A stretch of 8,049 bases of DNA from Erysipelotrichaceae bacterium. Its GTDB lineage: Bacteria; Bacillota_I; Bacilli_A; Erysipelotrichales; Coprobacillaceae. Positions 6,150-8,049 of this stretch are shown here, one piece after another. The notes beneath the pieces are model-generated. The model worked only from the letters and a program-made list of their open reading frames with translations. It was not told where the DNA came from and made no database searches. The DNA lies in assembly GCA_028698185.1 (NCBI GenBank), contig JAQVDW010000048.1, positions 1 to 8,049 of the forward strand, read 5' to 3'. Positions within the stretch are counted from its first letter, which is position 1; each line of letters starts with the position of its first letter. The translations under genes and the position numbers were made by a program.

Positions 6150-6482
6150 TTATTTCTTGATCGCTTCGGCCACTTTTTCCTTTAGCTTGGCCACATATTC
6201 TTCCTTGTTGAAATTCAGTTCACTTTGTTCGGCCTGGTAACGTTCTTCCTCATTGAAGACTTCGTCGATCTTTTCCTTGGCTTCTTTGCGGAGCTGATCT
6301 CTTAAAACCTGGCGGGCTTTGAGTGAAGCTTCCTCGCTGGCAACCTGTTCTTTGAGCTTGTTGACATAACCGGCTTTGTCGAATTCTTTGTCATCTTGTT
6401 CAGCCTGATATCTATCGGTTACGTCAAATACTTCTTCAAGTTTTTCTTTTGCAACTTTAATGATCTTTTCTTCTGTACTCAT
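6150..6482 (-). CDS. Hypothetical highly charged (K/E-rich) helical protein with an internal tandem duplication, 110 aa
   Basis: I prefer ATG 6480..6482, with AAGGAG at 6492..6497 and 9-nt spacing. The 30-codon track extension to 6572 overlaps the promoter and has no RBS. There is no signal peptide or TM segment. Residues 11-48 and 68-105 align without gaps at 23/38 identities. I recognise no family. Confidence 0.75.
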   Translation of the reverse strand: MSTEEKIIKVAKEKLEEVFDVTDRYQAEQDDKEFDKAGYVNKLKEQVASEEASLKARQVLRDQLRKEAKEKIDEVFNEEERYQAEQSELNFNKEEYVAKLKEKVAEAIKK

Positions 6483-6530
6483 GATTGTTTTCTCCTTTGG
6501 TTTTTGTCTTGGTTTTTTTATTACAAGACC

Positions 6531-6558
6531 ATTATATAAAAACCAATGGATATGACAA
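6531..6558 (-). promoter_or_regulatory. Candidate SigA-type promoter of the charged-repeat protein gene
   Basis: On the minus strand: TTGTCA (6558..6553), 16-nt spacer, TATAAT (6536..6531). It is about 35 nt upstream of the RBS. Confidence 0.5.
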
Positions 6559-6581
6559 CAATTGCCGAGCACCTATTAACA

Positions 6582-6626
6582 CTGATAACAAACTTCCAAT
6601 TATCAGAAGTTGATTTTGTTATCAAC
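6582..6626. repeat. Cluster of competing inverted repeats built on TGATAACAA/TTGTTATCA
   Basis: Three pairings share arms. CTGATAA (6582..6588) pairs with TTATCAG (6600..6606). TGATAACAAA (6583..6592) pairs with TTTGTTATCA (6615..6624), 10 bp. GTTGAT (6609..6614) pairs with ATCAAC (6621..6626). Because arms are shared, the structures are mutually exclusive. The function is unknown. Confidence 0.5.
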
Positions 6627-6855
6627 GATACGAAAAAACTGGCATACAAACGGTTTCAAGTTCTCCGCACTGATTTCAAGCCATGACTTCTGGGCCATTT
6701 GCCAGACGATGAATTTTTGGAAAGCGCAATATTCCAGCTAAGGAAGGGATCACAAGCAAGCCAAGCTGCATTGTCATTTTCACAAGAAAATTCAATTAAT
6801 TGGAATCGAATTTGAAATCCCAAGAAAGACAGATGATATCTGACACATTTCCCAA

Positions 6856-6900
6856 TTTTAAAAATCCGCCTGTGGAATATTATGCTCCATCAGCGGATTT
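6856..6900 (-). terminator. Intrinsic terminator of the surface-protein gene
   Basis: About 14 bp of interrupted stem. AAATCCGC (6862..6869) pairs with GCGGATTT (6893..6900). The inner TG/CA and TGGA/TCCA pairs carry single-nt bulges, and the loop is 9 nt. On the minus strand it runs into UUUUUAAAAUU. It lies 23 nt downstream of the TGA stop at 6924..6926. Confidence 0.6.
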
Positions 6901-6923
6901 GAATTTTATCATATGCGATTATT

Positions 6924-7670
6924 TCATTTCTTGCGTCTTTTCAATTTCCAATAGGAAACTACTGCTACACTTATTATGGTCATACCAAGATACCTAAGTG
7001 ATCCAGGCCGGTTTGTTTTCTCTGACTTGCATTCCCGACTATCAGGTTCCAAAGGAATCTCCGGGCTTTCGCCCTTTTCATCTTCTGCCGATTCGTCATC
7101 ATCTTCAAGCATTGCAGTCGCCTCGTAGGTTTCAATGACGATATATTCTTCATCATCATCCGGATTGAAGTGTGATGAAGTTTGGCCATAGGAATTGCCA
7201 GTATCGCCGTCCAGGTCGAGCAGATGTCCGCTATCACCGACATCATTGTTTTCATCCGGCAGGAAAATCAATGTTCTATTTGACTCATCAGGATCATCAT
7301 GACCTCCAATGCGGCCATCATCTTCGATGCCGCCTTTTTCCAACACCAGGTCTTCATGCCGCTCAAATGCTTCATCAGGCTCAGGTTTTTCACTGAATGC
7401 GAAAAGTTTCGAGACTGCAGGAACCAGGCTGATGCATGTCGATTCGGTCGGCTTTCCAGAAATAGAAAGTGTATTGTTGTCCTTGATTGCAATCGAAAGA
7501 CCGTTAAGCGTTGCTGGATCAAAACCGCTTGCGTAATCATCAGGGAAAAAATACCCTTCATCCGCTATCAGGATAATCTCGACAATACCATCCTTCAATC
7601 CTGGCTGAAGCAACTTTCCGGATTCAGGTGATCTGGAAATATTCAATCCGGCAATATCCATTACTTCCAC
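6924..7670 (-). CDS. C-terminal portion of a large acidic, membrane-anchored surface protein. Probably not an independent gene: the frame stays open upstream to 7751.
   Basis: 248-aa track ORF starting at a GTG with no GGAGG-type RBS and no N-terminal signal peptide. It contains a putative Ig-like (He_PIG-type) motif LNGLSIAIKDNNTLSISGKPTES (about 7440..7520). A long D/E-rich low-complexity linker spans about 7041..7391. A C-terminal hydrophobic segment YLGMTIISVAVVSYW (about 6948..6992) is followed by the basic tail KLKRRKK. The same frame is open for 27 more codons up to the TAA at 7752..7754. Confidence 0.6.
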   Translation of the reverse strand: MEVMDIAGLNISRSPESGKLLQPGLKDGIVEIILIADEGYFFPDDYASGFDPATLNGLSIAIKDNNTLSISGKPTESTCISLVPAVSKLFAFSEKPEPDEAFERHEDLVLEKGGIEDDGRIGGHDDPDESNRTLIFLPDENNDVGDSGHLLDLDGDTGNSYGQTSSHFNPDDDEEYIVIETYEATAMLEDDDESAEDEKGESPEIPLEPDSRECKSEKTNRPGSLRYLGMTIISVAVVSYWKLKRRKK

Positions 7671-7751
7671 ATCAGGATAAACCGGCTCTGTTTCCTTTGG
7701 AAGATCGACTGACTCGCTCAGGTGAATTTTGCCGGTTACAACATTGGTGAT

Positions 7752-8049
7752 TTAATCGATTGACCGGGCCCTGTTGACTTGTTCACCAAACACAATCAAG
7801 TTGTATTCACCAAAGGGAATGTCCCCAGGAATGGTAAAGGTTTTGAGTCCGATACCGGGATCTCCTATTTTCCCATAAGCCACAACCGCTCCGGTCCCGT
7901 CAGTGACCATGGCCGATGTCTGGCTGTATTTGCCATCGCCACTGGTGATTTCCACCGTGATTTGTTGGCCGGGGATCCCTGATGTTGGCATTTGGGCCTG
8001 CAGTGAACTATCGTCCTTGATTACGGCGCTAAAAATCCGGTGAAGCCTA
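7752..8049 (-). CDS. Surface protein, internal/upstream segment (5' end lies beyond the right window edge); ends at TAA 7752..7754
   Basis: The frame is open from the window edge (codon 8046..8048) through the track ORF 7752..7991. The ATG at 7989..7991 is therefore probably internal. The sequence is beta-rich and Ig-like in character (GQQITVEITSG...LKTFTIPGDIPFGEYNLIVFGEQVN). It is in the same frame as the 6924..7751 open frame. Confidence 0.6.
   Translation of the reverse strand, partial: RLHRIFSAVIKDDSSLQAQMPTSGIPGQQITVEITSGDGKYSQTSAMVTDGTGAVVAYGKIGDPGIGLKTFTIPGDIPFGEYNLIVFGEQVNRARSID

Noticed and set aside
6603-6698. 31-codon minus-strand ORF (MAQKSWLEISAENLKPFVCQFFRIVDNKINF) in the noncoding spacer
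   Set aside because: There is no RBS upstream (AAAAATTCATCGTCTGGCAA precedes the ATG) and no promoter. It might be a remnant of a decayed gene, but nothing in the sequence supports translation.
6800-6997. 65-aa plus-strand ORF (TTG start)
   Set aside because: It crosses the terminator hairpin at 6862..6900 and runs antisense into the 3' end of the surface-protein gene. It has no RBS.
7752-7754. TAA reassigned as a sense codon (alternative genetic code) as the explanation for the in-frame stop
   Set aside because: TAA ends three other well-delimited genes in this window (2873..2875, 4949..4951, 6150..6152), each followed by a terminator. TGA and TAG are also used as ordinary stops, and Trp is TGG, so the standard code 11 fits.
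1-8049. Mobile elements, CRISPR arrays, tRNA/rRNA genes, toxin-antitoxin or defence-system genes
   Set aside because: I saw no transposase, integrase or recombinase-like ORFs, no regularly spaced direct repeats, no cloverleaf-capable tRNA-like segments in the intergenic regions, and no nuclease, ATPase or methylase-type ORFs. All ORFs of at least 100 aa are accounted for by the genes listed.

Overview
This is a gene-dense, chromosomal-looking window. The expression signals are Bacillota-like: a GGAGG-type RBS sits 6-9 nt upstream of almost every start, promoters resemble TTGACA-17-TATAAT, and one protein has a lipobox. I cannot assign a taxon from sequence alone.

Layout, left to right:
1. 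A minus-strand three-gene operon: RpiA-like isomerase, then Gfo/Idh/MocA oxidoreductase, then an RpiR regulator (2647 down to 100). Its promoter is at 2716..2744.
2. A minus-strand lipoprotein with an uncharacterised N-terminal domain and a C-terminal alpha/beta-hydrolase (GCSNGG) domain.
3. A divergent plus-strand pair behind a near-consensus promoter: a 47-codon two-TM small ORF absent from the ORF track, then a 110-aa stand-alone Rieske [2Fe-2S] protein. The pair ends at a bidirectional terminator.
4. A second, monocistronic RpiR-family regulator.
5. A 110-aa highly charged protein made of two copies of a 38-aa repeat.
6. About 300 bp of noncoding spacer with competing inverted repeats.
7. 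The 3' part of a large acidic, C-terminally membrane-anchored surface-protein gene that runs off the right edge. A single in-frame TAA at 7752..7754 splits it.

Several ORF-track starts are over-extended. The track also shows GTG/TTG starts as M. I re-set four starts using RBS position.

I saw no tRNA/rRNA, CRISPR array, transposase, integrase or recognisable defence genes, and no convincing novel multi-gene system. The items most worth follow-up are the interrupted surface-protein gene, the small-ORF/Rieske pair, and the rpiA-oxidoreductase-rpiR operon with its candidate operators.
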